Made by a program: the position numbers and the translations under genes
The notes under the pieces: generated by a model
Seen by the model: the letters and a program-made list of their open reading frames with translations, nothing else
Told to the model about the DNA's origin: nothing
The model's database searches: none
In this document: one piece after another, positions 50,982 through 62,182 of the stretch
Numbering within the stretch: position 1 is the stretch's first letter
Layout: each line of letters opens with the position of its first letter
From: Azolla caroliniana
Taxonomy: Eukaryota > Plantae > Polypodiophyta
DNA length: 64,000 nt
Direction: 5' to 3'
NCBI GenBank assembly: GCA_043228905.1
Contig: JBHGNT010000020.1
Location: 9,548,001-9,612,000, forward strand

Positions 50982-53900
50982 TTATTTTATGGTTTTCACG
51001 TAGTGTGTGGAATACACTACGACATTCGCCCCCTCCGAACCCGCACATCCTCCGGTATGTGCCGAAGTTCTCGATCCCCCATATCCGTCTTCACCCAAAG
51101 CTTCCTCCGATTCTCCCCTTATGTCGACTATGAGTTGTAATTCACTTTCTTCGCTTCCCGCATCACCGTGGTCTTCGTCCGATTGCTCCTCGTTGTCGGC
51201 CTTGGCTTGGATCACATAGGGTTTGTCGTCGGTCCGCTTCTTGAAAATCTTCACCCGCTTCCCGGCTATAGGCACTCGTAGTATTGTTCCATCCAACTCG
51301 GACAGTCGGTACGTTCCGTTGTCGAAGACTTTCCGAACCTCGTATGGCCCGAACCACCTTTTCGCGAATTTCCGCATCGTTGTATGTTGATGGTCCAAAC
51401 TACTGTCATAGACGATCACCCAATCTCCTTCTTCAATCCTCTTCGGTCGTAGTCGGTGCTTTGTGTCGAACCGGCTTTTGTTCCTTAATCGTGCTTCTTG
51501 TTGTCGGCGTATTGCTTCCGCTATGTTTGCCGGTCTTCCCTCTAGTTGTCGTATCCGGACCGCTAGTAGTTCTTCCCGGCTCATCTCTTCCTTCCACGGT
51601 AGCACTGTCCATGTTGCGATCGCGGTTTCCGTCGGCATTACCGGTGCTTGTCCGGTCATGAGTTCTGCCGGCATGTAACCGGTTATGGAACTATGCGTCG
51701 TCCGATCCGCCCATAGTGCATACGGAAGCATCTGCGGCCAGTCCTTCACCTTTCCATCGCATGCCTTCGCAAGTGCTTTCACGATCGGACTATGTCCTCG
51801 TTCGATTTTCCCGTTGGCCTCCGGATTGTATGCCGTTGTCAGCGATAACCGAACTCCGTGTTTAGCGAAGAATCCCCTAGCTTTGTCCGAGTCGAGTTCT
51901 CCCCGGTCCGCAATCACTTGTCCTACGCACCCGTACCTGCAAAATACTTCCTCCAAAAGAAATTGGCATACCGCGGAACACGTTTTCCTCTGAAGCGCTC
52001 GACCTTCTACTTGATTCGTGAGATCTTCCCGAGCTAATACCAAGTATTTCTTTTGTCCGATCCCGATCGGCATGGCCACTATGTCAACCATCCACTTGAA
52101 GTTGATTGTCGGTGAGAATGTCGGATGTAACTCATCTCGATGTCGAACCCCGGAGTAGACTTGACATTTCTCGCAGCTTTCCGTGAACTCCGCGACATCT
52201 TTGTACATTTTCTTCCACCAATATTTTTGCTTGATCTTCACAAATGTTGCCCATGTTCCTCGGTGTCCAGCCCAATCGGATTCGTGAAACTCGGACATTA
52301 TCCGGTTTCGTTGCTCTTTTGTCCCGACTACTCGAAGTGGTATACCATCCGGTCTTTTTGACGCCCTCCATATTAATCCGTTTTCCAAGAAGAACTTTTG
52401 GACTTGTCTCTTCTTCCTTCGGATCTCGGCTCTTCTTCCTTTATCGTTTGTTGAATCCTCGGCCTCTTGTAACATCTTCCCGATCATCAAGCTTTCTCCC
52501 TCGTATTCTTCTTCTCGGAATTCCCGGATTACGTTTACTCGGCATATGTGCTCCGACGCGAAGTAGTCTTCGGAAACTTCTTCATTATCCGATTCGGTTA
52601 TGTCGTCTCCGAACCGAGCCCTTGATAACATATCCGCTACCGCGTTGTCCTTCCCCGAGATGTGTCGAACCTCCGGATTAAGCGACTTGACATATGTAAC
52701 CCACCTTAGCATAGCTACATCCGGTATCGTACAACACCGCATCATCCCGAGTATCGGAAGACAATCTGTCTCGATCACCACTTCGGCTCCGATCAAATAA
52801 TCCCGATCCGATTTTATCGCTGACACGACTCCCCACCGTTCTCTTTTGACTTGCGCATATCCACGTTGCCTTTCGTTGAGAACCTTTGCTCCGAATCGGA
52901 TCGGATACCGCGAACCATCCGAGTCGGCTTGATTGATGACCCACCCGATACCGGTTGGACTTGTATCAACCGTTACTATGATCGGTCGGTCATAGCTCGG
53001 TTTCTTAAGTGCTTCCTCCCTCCGAAGTGTCTTCTTCAATTTCTTCATGGCTTTGGTGTGTTCCGGTTTCCATTCGAATTTCTTACCTTTCCGCAACAAG
53101 TGGTAGAGTGGATCCGCTATATGTGCATAGTGCGGAATCCATATGTGATAGAATGCACATGCACCGAGAAACCTTCGGACTTCGGATGTTGACTCGCATA
53201 CTTCCTCCATAGCTTGAATCGCATCGATCTTTGTTGGTGACGGTCTTCGGCCGTAGGGCCCACATAGATGTCCGACCACCAATATTTCTTCTTGCCCGAA
53301 TGCCGATTTCTCCCCGGAAAGTGTTAGGTGCACATCTTCTAGCTTTCGCAACACTTTCTCGCAATCATGAATATGGTCGACCACGAACTTTCGGCATCCC
53401 CGATCATCCATAGTCTCATCTTTTTCTTCTACCGCGCATCCTTTCATCGGAATGTCATCGAGGAACGGCATCGTTATCTCCGGAATGCAGTCTCGAAGCA
53501 CCTTGTTCATCGCGTTCATCATATGAGCAACCGAGTTTGTCGCTCCTTGTGGTAGTGTGCACATTCGGACTAATCCTATCGGTGTTCGCATGGTTGTGAT
53601 GTCTCGGCTCTCCACGGCTAGTTGGAATTGGTCATACCCCGAGTATAGGTCTCCGATGGAGTATATCGCACGACCGGCAAAAGCTTCCGCAAATTCGTCC
53701 ACTATCGGACCGACTCCCGAGTTCCGGATCGTGACCTTATTCACCGGTTGCAAGTCTTGGATAAATCGGAGTGACCCATTCTTCTTCGGAACCGTAAACC
53801 ATCGATTTGAGTACGGAGTAGTTGATGGCTCTAGAATCCCCATCGCCACCTTCTCCTTGAGCAAGTCAATGACTTTCGGAATATGCGCTCGTGGCACCGG

Positions 53901-54617
53901 AATCGGCTTCAGGTTCCACGGTACATGGTCAATCGTGAAGATCACCATCGGCTCCACTGTTCTCGGATCGACGCACCCTATCTCCCTTGATGTAAATGCA
54001 AATGCTTTGCCGTATTGCTCCAACATCTCGCGAAACCGTTCTTCTTCTTTTTGTAATAGGAACCCACCTCCACCGATCCGAAGTTTCTTCCGGGTCTCAT
54101 CCGTGAAGGCATGTCCGATATCCACGGTCTTCCGAAGTGTCGGATCTCCCGAGACTTCTTTCCTCTTTTGTTCGCTATCGGCGGGTAGTGGTCCCGCGGC
54201 CGGTTTCACCTTCTTCTCCATGGTCTTGTATTTCGTACTTACCATTGCTTCTTCTTTGCGGAGCGTATCCGGCTCCATTTTCGCAATGATCTCGTACATC
54301 TCGACCGATTCCACCGGGACTACCCGGTTCCCTTGGCTTTTATCTTCCGCAAGTTCTTCAAGTCGTTGTAGCGTGCTCCCATAGAACACTTCTTCGACTA
54401 TCCCCACGATTTCTTCATCTTCTTTTATTATTGATGCCGACCGCAACTTATCCTCCACTTGTCGGTATCCTTTCTTCAATCCTCCGGTTACGGTCGTGTA
54501 CGTAGATGCCCCATCCGGACCTGTTCGTACATGTTTTGCTCCGAGAGTTTTCTTCCTGTGTGGGGTATCAGGGTTTCTCGGACTATCACTTCCCCACTCC
54601 GCAACAGTCCGCTTTAA
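50982..54617 (-). CDS. pol: Pol (RT-RNaseH-integrase), open, reached by -1 frameshift; stop lies inside the 3' LTR
   Basis: 1165-aa ORF, open upstream to the slippery site at 54617-54623. Confidence 0.93.
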   Translation of the reverse strand, partial: LKRTVAEWGSDSPRNPDTPHRKKTLGAKHVRTGPDGASTYTTVTGGLKKGYRQVEDKLRSASIIKEDEEIVGIVEEVFYGSTLQRLEELAEDKSQGNRVVPVESVEMYEIIAKMEPDTLRKEEAMVSTKYKTMEKKVKPAAGPLPADSEQKRKEVSGDPTLRKTVDIGHAFTDETRKKLRIGGGGFLLQKEEERFREMLEQYGKAFAFTSREIGCVDPRTVEPMVIFTIDHVPWNLKPIPVPRAHIPKVIDLLKEKVAMGILEPSTTPYSNRWFTVPKKNGSLRFIQDLQPVNKVTIRNSGVGPIVDEFAEAFAGRAIYSIGDLYSGYDQFQLAVESRDITTMRTPIGLVRMCTLPQGATNSVAHMMNAMNKVLRDCIPEITMPFLDDIPMKGCAVEEKDETMDDRGCRKFVVDHIHDCEKVLRKLEDVHLTLSGEKSAFGQEEILVVGHLCGPYGRRPSPTKIDAIQAMEEVCESTSEVRRFLGACAFYHIWIPHYAHIADPLYHLLRKGKKFEWKPEHTKAMKKLKKTLRREEALKKPSYDRPIIVTVDTSPTGIGWVINQADSDGSRYPIRFGAKVLNERQRGYAQVKRERWGVVSAIKSDRDYLIGAEVVIETDCLPILGMMRCCTIPDVAMLRWVTYVKSLNPEVRHISGKDNAVADMLSRARFGDDITESDNEEVSEDYFASEHICRVNVIREFREEEYEGESLMIGKMLQEAEDSTNDKGRRAEIRRKKRQVQKFFLENGLIWRASKRPDGIPLRVVGTKEQRNRIMSEFHESDWAGHRGTWATFVKIKQKYWWKKMYKDVAEFTESCEKCQVYSGVRHRDELHPTFSPTINFKWMVDIVAMPIGIGQKKYLVLAREDLTNQVEGRALQRKTCSAVCQFLLEEVFCRYGCVGQVIADRGELDSDKARGFFAKHGVRLSLTTAYNPEANGKIERGHSPIVKALAKACDGKVKDWPQMLPYALWADRTTHSSITGYMPAELMTGQAPVMPTETAIATWTVLPWKEEMSREELLAVRIRQLEGRPANIAEAIRRQQEARLRNKSRFDTKHRLRPKRIEEGDWVIVYDSSLDHQHTTMRKFAKRWFGPYEVRKVFDNGTYRLSELDGTILRVPIAGKRVKIFKKRTDDKPYVIQAKADNEEQSDEDHGDAGSEESELQLIVDIRGESEEALGEDGYGGSRTSAHTGGCAGSEGANVVVYSTHYVKTIK

Positions 54618-56656
54618 AAATCCATTCTCACTTGGGACAAGAGTTCCCTCTTGTTCCTTTCGTGATTTGCCGGCACCGTTAGGAATTGGACGGATTTCCC
54701 ACCGTTTTGGCTCCGAATTCGTGCAAAAGCCGCACCGCTATCGAGCACCTTCGTCTCCATCCGTGATGCCGTGATAAAGGGTTGGCCGAGGATGACGGAA
54801 TGTGAAACCTCATCTTGCACGAAGAAATTTTGGTCGATCTCGACATCCCCGATCTTCACCGTCACATCCGGACAAGCCGCAAATAGATCTTCCGTTGCTT
54901 TGGTGGCCGCCCGAATCTTCCATCCATGGTTGGTGTTAATAGGCCACTTCCCCTTCCAGTAGAACTCCTTGGACATCAAGTTGATCTCCGATCCGTGATC
55001 AATCAATGCTAGCACGGGTTCTTTGATGTTGCCGATTCGGACCGGAGTCTCCGTAGTCGCGCGTGCCCAATGTGGCCTTGTATAGTGGGAGTTCGGAATT
55101 TCGTCCTCCACTTCGGTGTCGTTCATTAAAACGGTGTTCGCATTCACCCTTGGAGCATTTTCCTCCGTACTTTGTCTTTTTCGCTTCACGAGATCCACGA
55201 GAAGATCGTGGAACTCCTTCTTTGCTATTCCGAGTAGCTCCCGAAGCGAGAAATCTACCCGGCTATCCAAGATTCTTTCCTCGAACACTCTTTTCAAGTC
55301 GGTTTGTTGTTCTATGTCCGAGGCGAGCTTGAATGCCGGAGTCGCCTTTTCTTTTCCCTTACCTCCGGAGTTCCAGCTTTCCGGTATCTTTGATGGCCCG
55401 GCCGCATCCTCCGTGCGTCGTCGTTTCTCGTCCACATACACCTTATGCAATTGGCACAGGGCGTATACGCTATTCTTGTCGACAGGGCACTCCCATCCCG
55501 TAGCTTCCCGGACGCCTTCCGCGGTGCTTCGGATCTCGTTAGAGTCGGTCTTCTCGGTGTTTTCTAGAACTTCCGGCCAAAAAGACGTCTTTGCTCTCGA
55601 TGACTCCCCGACACATATTCCCGCGGTTGTCGCATAGTTGCTTCTTGCCGCCAATTCCTCCTCGAGCACCTTCTTCATGCCGCCTTTACGGAAGTTCGGT
55701 CGGAGTGGCTTCCGAGAGTCCATCGAATGAATCCGGTTTCCCTCGTAGTAGATGAGATCCCGCCGTAGCGCCTCCTTATGCTCGTCGCAATCCCTCCGAT
55801 CGTGTTCGGCGCTATCGCACCATATGCACCGTCGGTCCGTATACTTGGAGCTTGTGGGGCGGTCATCCGACTTCTTCACCATCGCGATCTTCAGATTCTC
55901 CATCTCCTTCAATAGTTGCTCCACCGTAGATGCATCAATCGCCTTCTCGGTTGTAGTCTCTCGAGCCCTCGGTTGATGGTCTTCCAATCCGGTTCTCGGT
56001 TTCGGAATCGGTTCCGAAACCCTCTTTTCCTCGTCGGCAAGCCATTGCCCCCTCTTCGTGTATCGCGCGACGATATCCCGCACGCTTTCCCATGTTTCGG
56101 TGAGGCCGCTCTCCGTGGTTGTGTCCTCCAAGAGCACTCCGAGATCTTTCCGGTCCCGGACGTCCACGGCTCGCAAGAACATGATCACCTTGTCTGGTAC
56201 GAGGATAGCTTGATCCCTCGCGGACAACCTCCCGAATCGGCTTTCGAATGCCGAAAACACATCAACGACCTTCAATCCCTTGTCCGGCGTCTCCACCCAG
56301 TCTTCGAATCCCCTTCGCGTCGCCTTGGAGGAATCATCGATGGCGAACGCCCTCTTTAGCTCTACTTCAAACGCCTCCCATGTCGGATTTTGCTGTCGTA
56401 GCCCATGGATGCTTGCTTGAAGCCTGTCGGTCGCCACCCGGTTGAAGGACGTCACTTGCAATCCTTCCGATACTCCGCACCGTAGCATCTCCGCCTTGTA
56501 GTCCCGAAGATACCGCGACACGTCTTTCCCGTTGAATTGCCCGTTTCGTTGCACGAGCCGCTCCACTGATGCCGCTATCTCCGACATCGCACGTTGTTCT
56601 TGTAGCATGCGCTCGAACATCATCATCATGTTGCTAGCCTCCGGTTGATTTTCCAT
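54614..56656 (-). CDS. gag: Gag-protease, 680 aa
   Basis: As copy 1. Confidence 0.93.
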   Translation of the reverse strand: MENQPEASNMMMMFERMLQEQRAMSEIAASVERLVQRNGQFNGKDVSRYLRDYKAEMLRCGVSEGLQVTSFNRVATDRLQASIHGLRQQNPTWEAFEVELKRAFAIDDSSKATRRGFEDWVETPDKGLKVVDVFSAFESRFGRLSARDQAILVPDKVIMFLRAVDVRDRKDLGVLLEDTTTESGLTETWESVRDIVARYTKRGQWLADEEKRVSEPIPKPRTGLEDHQPRARETTTEKAIDASTVEQLLKEMENLKIAMVKKSDDRPTSSKYTDRRCIWCDSAEHDRRDCDEHKEALRRDLIYYEGNRIHSMDSRKPLRPNFRKGGMKKVLEEELAARSNYATTAGICVGESSRAKTSFWPEVLENTEKTDSNEIRSTAEGVREATGWECPVDKNSVYALCQLHKVYVDEKRRRTEDAAGPSKIPESWNSGGKGKEKATPAFKLASDIEQQTDLKRVFEERILDSRVDFSLRELLGIAKKEFHDLLVDLVKRKRQSTEENAPRVNANTVLMNDTEVEDEIPNSHYTRPHWARATTETPVRIGNIKEPVLALIDHGSEINLMSKEFYWKGKWPINTNHGWKIRAATKATEDLFAACPDVTVKIGDVEIDQNFFVQDEVSHSVILGQPFITASRMETKVLDSGAAFARIRSQNGGKSVQFLTVPANHERNKRELLSQVRMDF

Positions 56657-57173
56657 CTCCTTGCCACCCGGACTTCACGTCGGGTTCACCAACTATGTCG
56701 TGCCCTTCGGCTCCGGATCGTTGCGTGAGTCGGGTGGGAACCGCCGAGGTTTTTGACTAGGAGGAAGAGGAATACAACTTAAGGCTAGCTATGAATAGTG
56801 GAAAGAGAAGTAAGATAGCAATCTCGTGAATCTCACGAGTTTAGTGTAATTAAAACAATATTTAGATTATAAGAGCAATTAGATGGCAAAATTCGTGAAT
56901 CCCACGAATATATTAGATTGATCAAAAACTTGTATATTAATCAACAACCATATACATATTTTTCTCCTTCTTATATAAAGATGGAAGAGGCTAAGCATGG
57001 CTTCATGCTTTTTCACCTAAAGTGCCCATGCACATTAAATGTGCATGTGATGCTTTGTCATTTCCTAAATATAGGGCTCATGCACGCTAGATGTGCATGA
57101 GTCACTTTTAATGTCACGTGTAAATAAAATATTCACACTCTAAAGAATACATGATTTTTACCTTTTAATAAAG

Positions 57174-57993
57174 TGTTGGGATTTCGGTCCCTCCGGATGG
57201 GATGTCCGGAGATGAATGACGGCAAGCCCGGTTGCGGTTACGGAACCGGATGATGAAGAGTACCCGGCATGAAGCCGGATGAAGAGTACCCGGATGCGGA
57301 TCCGGATGATGAAGAGTACCCGGATGCGGATCCGGATGATGAAGAGTACCCGGCATGAATCCGGATGAAGAGTACCCGGTTACGGAGCCGGATGATGAAG
57401 ACCCCGGCTACGGAGCCGGATGATGATGACCCCGGCTACGGAGCCGGATGATGAAGACCCCGGCTACGGAGCCGGATGATGATGACCCCGGCTACGGAGC
57501 CGGATGATGAAGACCCCGGCTACGGAGCCGGATGACGAATGTACCCGGAGAGAGATCCGGATGCAGGGACATATTTGTGAATATGTTTGCTAAGAGCCCT
57601 TGAGGCTATATTTGTAAATATCCCGAAAGTCATATATGTATAAATATGACTTAGGGCAAACAGTTTTATGTTGTTGCTCATTTTCATGAGAAGTGAGAGC
57701 AGCCGAGAGAGAGAGAGAGAGAGTGAGACGAAGAGGTCGTTGCCTCTGTGTATTACCGCCGCCTGTGGCGAAGACCGTGAGTTCAAGGTTGTTGCCTTGA
57801 AGCTTCACCATTGTACATCTCTGTTCATAGTGATAGTTGGAGTTTGAGAACTCCCGTGGTTTTTTCCCAGTTAGGGTTTTCCACGTAAAACATCCAGTGT
57901 ACCTTTCTCTCTATTGTTTTGTGCATTTCCTATTTCCTGTTTTCTGGTAGTTGATTCCATCCCTCGGTTGTGGCCGAGCACTGTTTTTCAACA
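57174..57993 (+). mobile_element. Solo LTR (820 bp, copia-like), TSD TAAAG
   Basis: TGTTGG..TCAACA; TSD at 57169-57173 and 57994-57998; TATA ~57640; GGTTTTTCCC..GGGTTTTCCACGTAAA motif. Confidence 0.92.
57235..57565. repeat. 27-30-bp CCGG-rich minisatellite in the solo-LTR U3
   Basis: CCGGATGATGAAGA(GTA)CCCGG.. units, about 11 copies. Confidence 0.93.
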
Positions 57994-58229
57994 TAAAGGT
58001 ATGTGTAAATAAAGGTCTTATACGTATTAAATCTATATTTGTAACACTAAAGATAAATTATTACAATGGTAAAGTTGGGGTTTATCTACGTGGAGGTGCA
58101 TGGTTCAAATCCTGCCCTATGCACGCGATAAATTCTTTTGATATATTATTTATTTATTTATATGTATCTAAAATCGGATATATTATTTTATGGTTTTCAC
58201 GTAGTGTGTGGAATACACTACGACAACGC

Positions 58230-60326
58230 AATGCTACCGAACACCCTCAAGTGTCGTAAGTTCGGCTTCGTTCCGAAATATAGCTCGTGCGCTGACACTT
58301 TGTCTCCGATCCGGTTCTGAATGTATACCGCGGTCCTTACCGCCTCGGCCCAGTAGAACTTGGCCAAGCTCTTCTCCTCCAGCATTGCCCGTGCCGCTTC
58401 CACAACTGACCGATTCTTTCTCTCGGCCACGTCGTTCTACTCTGGCGTGTATCTACAACTGAATTCGCGGCGAATTCCCATTTGTTGTAGGTAACCGTTG
58501 AATTGTCCGGAAAAGTACTCTTTCCCACCTTCTGACCGCAGGCACTTGATCTTTCATCCCGTTTCCGTTTCCACGAACCCTTTGAGGTCCTGGAAACAGT
58601 CGAAGACTTCGCTCTTCCTCTCAATGAGGTAGATCCACGTGTGCCGCATGTGGTCGTCGATGAAGGAGACGAAATATCGGCTCCCGCCAAGACTAACATT
58701 TTGTGCCGGCCCCCACACATCGGAGTGTATAAGGTCGAGCTTGTTCCGGCTCCGGTTTCGCTCATTGGGGAAGGGAAGCCGATGTTGCTTCCCGAGCTGG
58801 CAGGCTTCACAAATTTGTGCCTTTCGGCCACTAAATTTGGGCAATCCAAACACTACCTGTTTCGATTGCAAATCTTGAAGCCGCTGGTAGTTGACGTGGC
58901 CTATCCGCTTATGCCACAAGTCGATGTCCAACTCGGTTTTTCTTCCCTTCGCGAACATTGCGGTGCCGCAGTCAGTGGAGTCGAGGATGAACATCCTCCC
59001 GTCTCTGTGTCCTTGCGCAATCACACGGCCTTCTTCCTCAATGAAGCACCCGAGGTGTGTAAACCGAACCTCCATCCCTTGGTCGACGATCTGTCTGACT
59101 GAGACCAAGTTTTTCGTGATTGTTGGGACGTGCAGCACGTTCATGAGTTTCCCTTTCTGCCCGACATGGCTAAGGGGAACTTCTCCGACATTCGCGATCG
59201 GATGCGTAGTTTCGTCTCCAGTTGCGACTACTCCAGGTTGTATCGGTTTTTCAAGGTACGAGAACCACTCCTTATGGCTCGTCATGTGGTTTGACGCGCC
59301 GGAGTCTACGTACCACACCTCATCCGATCTCGGGGTGGTCTGTTTCATTGAGTTTACTTCGTGTCTCGTCACGAAGACAGACCCTTCTCCGGCTCTCCCG
59401 GAGTCTTCGGCGTAGTGCGATCACTGCCAATTTCCCTTGTCGGTATGTCTAGAGCCATTCCCAGAACCAGTTCTCTCCGAATCGGCGCGCTTCTTCCAAC
59501 ACTCACTTTCCCTGTGGCCTTTCTTGCCACAGTACCAGCACTCCGCGATGGACTTCCCTTGCCGGTTCTCATCGCTTCGACTCCCCCTGTTTCCGAAGGG
59601 TCCGGAGTTGTTGTCGGCATCACTTCGGTGCCTTCTTCCCTGATCTCGTCGGCCACCTCCATTGCACGCTGACTCGCCTCGTCCTCCACGTCCACGGGGC
59701 CTATCTCCCTCCATGTACAACATTCTGTTGTCGGTGTGCGTGCTTGTAGACGCACCTGCGTGGTTCTCCTCTACCAAGAGCATTGACTGTAAGTCAAAGA
59801 AGGACAGCGTATTCTCCCGGGTACACACAGCCGTTCGAAACGCTCCGAACTTCGACGCCAAACCTCCGAGACATATCTAGACCATCTCGCTCTCCTCGAT
59901 GTTCACCTCTATGGAGGCGAGGGAGTCGCAGATATCCTTGATCTTCGAGGTATAGTCCGCCACCGTCAAGTCGCGTTGTCGTAGGTTGCTCAACTCCTGT
60001 CGGAGCTGAAGCTTCCTGGCTGTGGTGCTCGCGGTGAAAATCTTCTTCAGATTTTCGCACGTACCCTTCGGCGTCTTTGCATCCCGAACATAGCTCAATA
60101 GTTGTTCGCCCACACACGACGCAAAGCAGTACAATACCCTGCTCGCCGATTGCTCCCGCGACGGGAAGTCTCTGTGTGTCGATTCGGGTGCCGCGTCATT
60201 AGCTCCTTCGACATAACTCCAGTAGTCGTGCCCGAGCAGGTACTGGTGCATCTTGTAGGACCAAGACGCGTAGTTGGTTCTGTTGAGCTTCTCTGTTGGA
60301 AGCGAGCTCGCCATGCCTCTATCCAT
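58230..60326 (-). pseudogene. gag: Copia-2 gag-PR-INT N-terminal half
   Basis: KLNRTNYASW, CWYCGKKGHRESEC, WYVDSGASNHM, HSDVWGP. Confidence 0.92.
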
Positions 60327-61457
60327 CGTTCTTCTCGTTCTTCTTCGTCAAGCTGTGTCGGCTGCAAAGAGGTTCTCAACCCTCACGCTCTGATACCATG
60401 TAGAAAGTAACGTGCGGAAGCAAGTATGAAGACCGAACAGAAGGAAGGAAACTCAAGTTCAATGGAGAGCTTGAGCTTACACGGTATACACGGGAGAGAC
60501 AGAGAGAGTGAGAGAGAAGACACACAAAAAACTATATTCAACAATAATACTCAGTCTGTACATAAGACGTGCTCAGTGAACACTTTTATACAAGTCCTAG
60601 AAGGACTGACCGAAGTACTGACAGTACTTCAATGCTCATCAAGAGCTCCTACACTAACTCCCAAATATATTCCTCACGGAATATCTTTCCTAACGACCTC
60701 CCGGTTTGCGCACTCAGCCTAACCGATCAGTCCCAACCGATCCGGTCCTCGGCTTCTTCAACCGAACCAGCCGATGTTGAGCTTGTCTCTCAACAGTTTT
60801 TAAGTTCATTGTGGAGTTTATCCTCTTTGTATTGACTTGAAGTGGAATATTATAACATTCTTATCTCTTTCTCATCTTCCCTACCTCTTATCTTAATTTC
60901 TTATGTTTTCCTCTCTAAATCATAGTTACCTAGATCTATATAATCTATTATAATTCACAACTCCATCTAATCGGTTTGATCAAGCCCTCGTATTGTGTAC
61001 GAGTATCATCTGTCTTATACACCCTATCGCCTATCGATCCTCGGTATGGTTTCCGGATGCGCGACTCCAGAGTTAGCAATGCTCCGGTGGATCGCGTATA
61101 TTAAGTCCCTAAATCCGGAGATATGACACATCTCCGGGAAAGACAACACCATGGCCAACATGCTATCGAGGGACCAATACGATGACAAAAACGACATGGT
61201 ATCGGAGGACGAAGAAGTCGGCGTGGACTTCTTTGAGTCGGCTCGAATGTCAGCGAAAAATCGGACCTAAATGAGCTCGACAAGAACGACTACGATGGGG
61301 AGTGGCTCCAAATCTGTAAGTTCCTTAGCACGATGGCACCATATGTGGCATGGACGAAGGATGAAGCAAGTCATATCAGGAAGAAGGCTTACCGGTTCTT
61401 CCTAAGGGAGGTAAAATGTGGTGGCTTTCAAAGAGACAGATAGGCACACAACTCCGG

Positions 61458-62182
61458 TGTCGTGAAGATTCTGGGCCATTGTGAGAAACCAGGGAATATC
61501 GGAAGAATCGGCGGAGTGCACCATGTGCACTTACCCTTGTAAAAACGTGTGAATAATAGGAGTTAAGTTGGGATAGAGGATCCCATGTAATAAGGGATTT
61601 ATCCCACATTGTTACGCATCCCTCTCCTTGTTCTATAAAAGGAAGGGAGCGCCCTTTATAAAGTTGCCCATTTTGTGTTAGGGGGTATACCGTTAGATTA
61701 GGGTTAGGCGGGTTTACCTTGGTAGTTTTTTTTTTCTTCTTCTTCATCTTCCTCGCCGTGAGGGTTGAGAGTTCGTGTTTGTTCAGGGTTTGCTTCTGCT
61801 CAGTCTCCTGTGCAAGACCCCGCTCGGCGCGACGAGCCCGTGAGCTTCCCCGATCGACGGCTTGGCAGCAGACTGTTGTTGTAACCTACCTTGGTCCAAC
61901 TCGAAGCCGGGGTTGTATCTCTTCCATTGTAATATATATATATATATATATATTTGGTTGTGCACATCCGCGTCTCTAGTAGTGTCGGGTGTCTCCCCCC
62001 CTTTTTGTTTTCCGTGCATAAGAGTCAGTGTAGCGTGCGCAAACTCTCTCTCTCTCACTCTCTCTCTCATGTTGGTTGCCTATGGGATGTGTCCGGAGTA
62101 GGTTTCTCGGCATCCCTTCCTCTCTCGTTCGAGACCCCCGTGGTCCCGCCCCTTCTACACGCATGCGCGTAACAACGCAACA
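61458..62182 (+). mobile_element. Solo LTR (Phygy-like), 4-bp TSD CCGG
   Basis: TGTCGTGAAG..GCAACA; TSD at 61454-61457 and 62183-62186; start resembles the LTR at 63387. Confidence 0.88.

Larger units (their letters stand above)
50320..58225 (-). mobile_element. Phygy-like copy 2, full length, inserted in the copia-2 integrase; 4-bp TSD ACGT/ACGC
   Basis: 3' LTR 50320-51024; 5' LTR 56696-58225 (with an insertion); about 6 LTR differences; near-identical inverse of copy 1 (coordinates sum to 66600). Confidence 0.97.
47185..60795 (-). mobile_element. Ty1/copia element 2, full length, degenerate
   Basis: LTRs 47185-47581 and 60399-60795 (397 bp, about 5 differences); iMet PBS 60387-60398; PPT 47582-47593; TSD ATTTT/GTTTT. 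Confidence 0.95.
46658..61033. mobile_element. Unclassified ~0.77-kb non-coding insertion (46658-47184 plus 60801-61033) in the copy-4 RNaseH, split by copia 2
   Basis: Interrupts the DCL|ILG codons; AT-rich, LTR-like; termini and TSD unresolved. Confidence 0.55.

Noticed and set aside
57165-57356. His/Pro repeat peptide ORF
   Set aside because: Translation of the LTR minisatellite.
9200-58225. Inversion already mediated by the two inverted Gypsy copies, or one giant TIR element
   Set aside because: Both flanks of copy 2 are contiguous copia-2 integrase with a TSD, so these are independent insertions.
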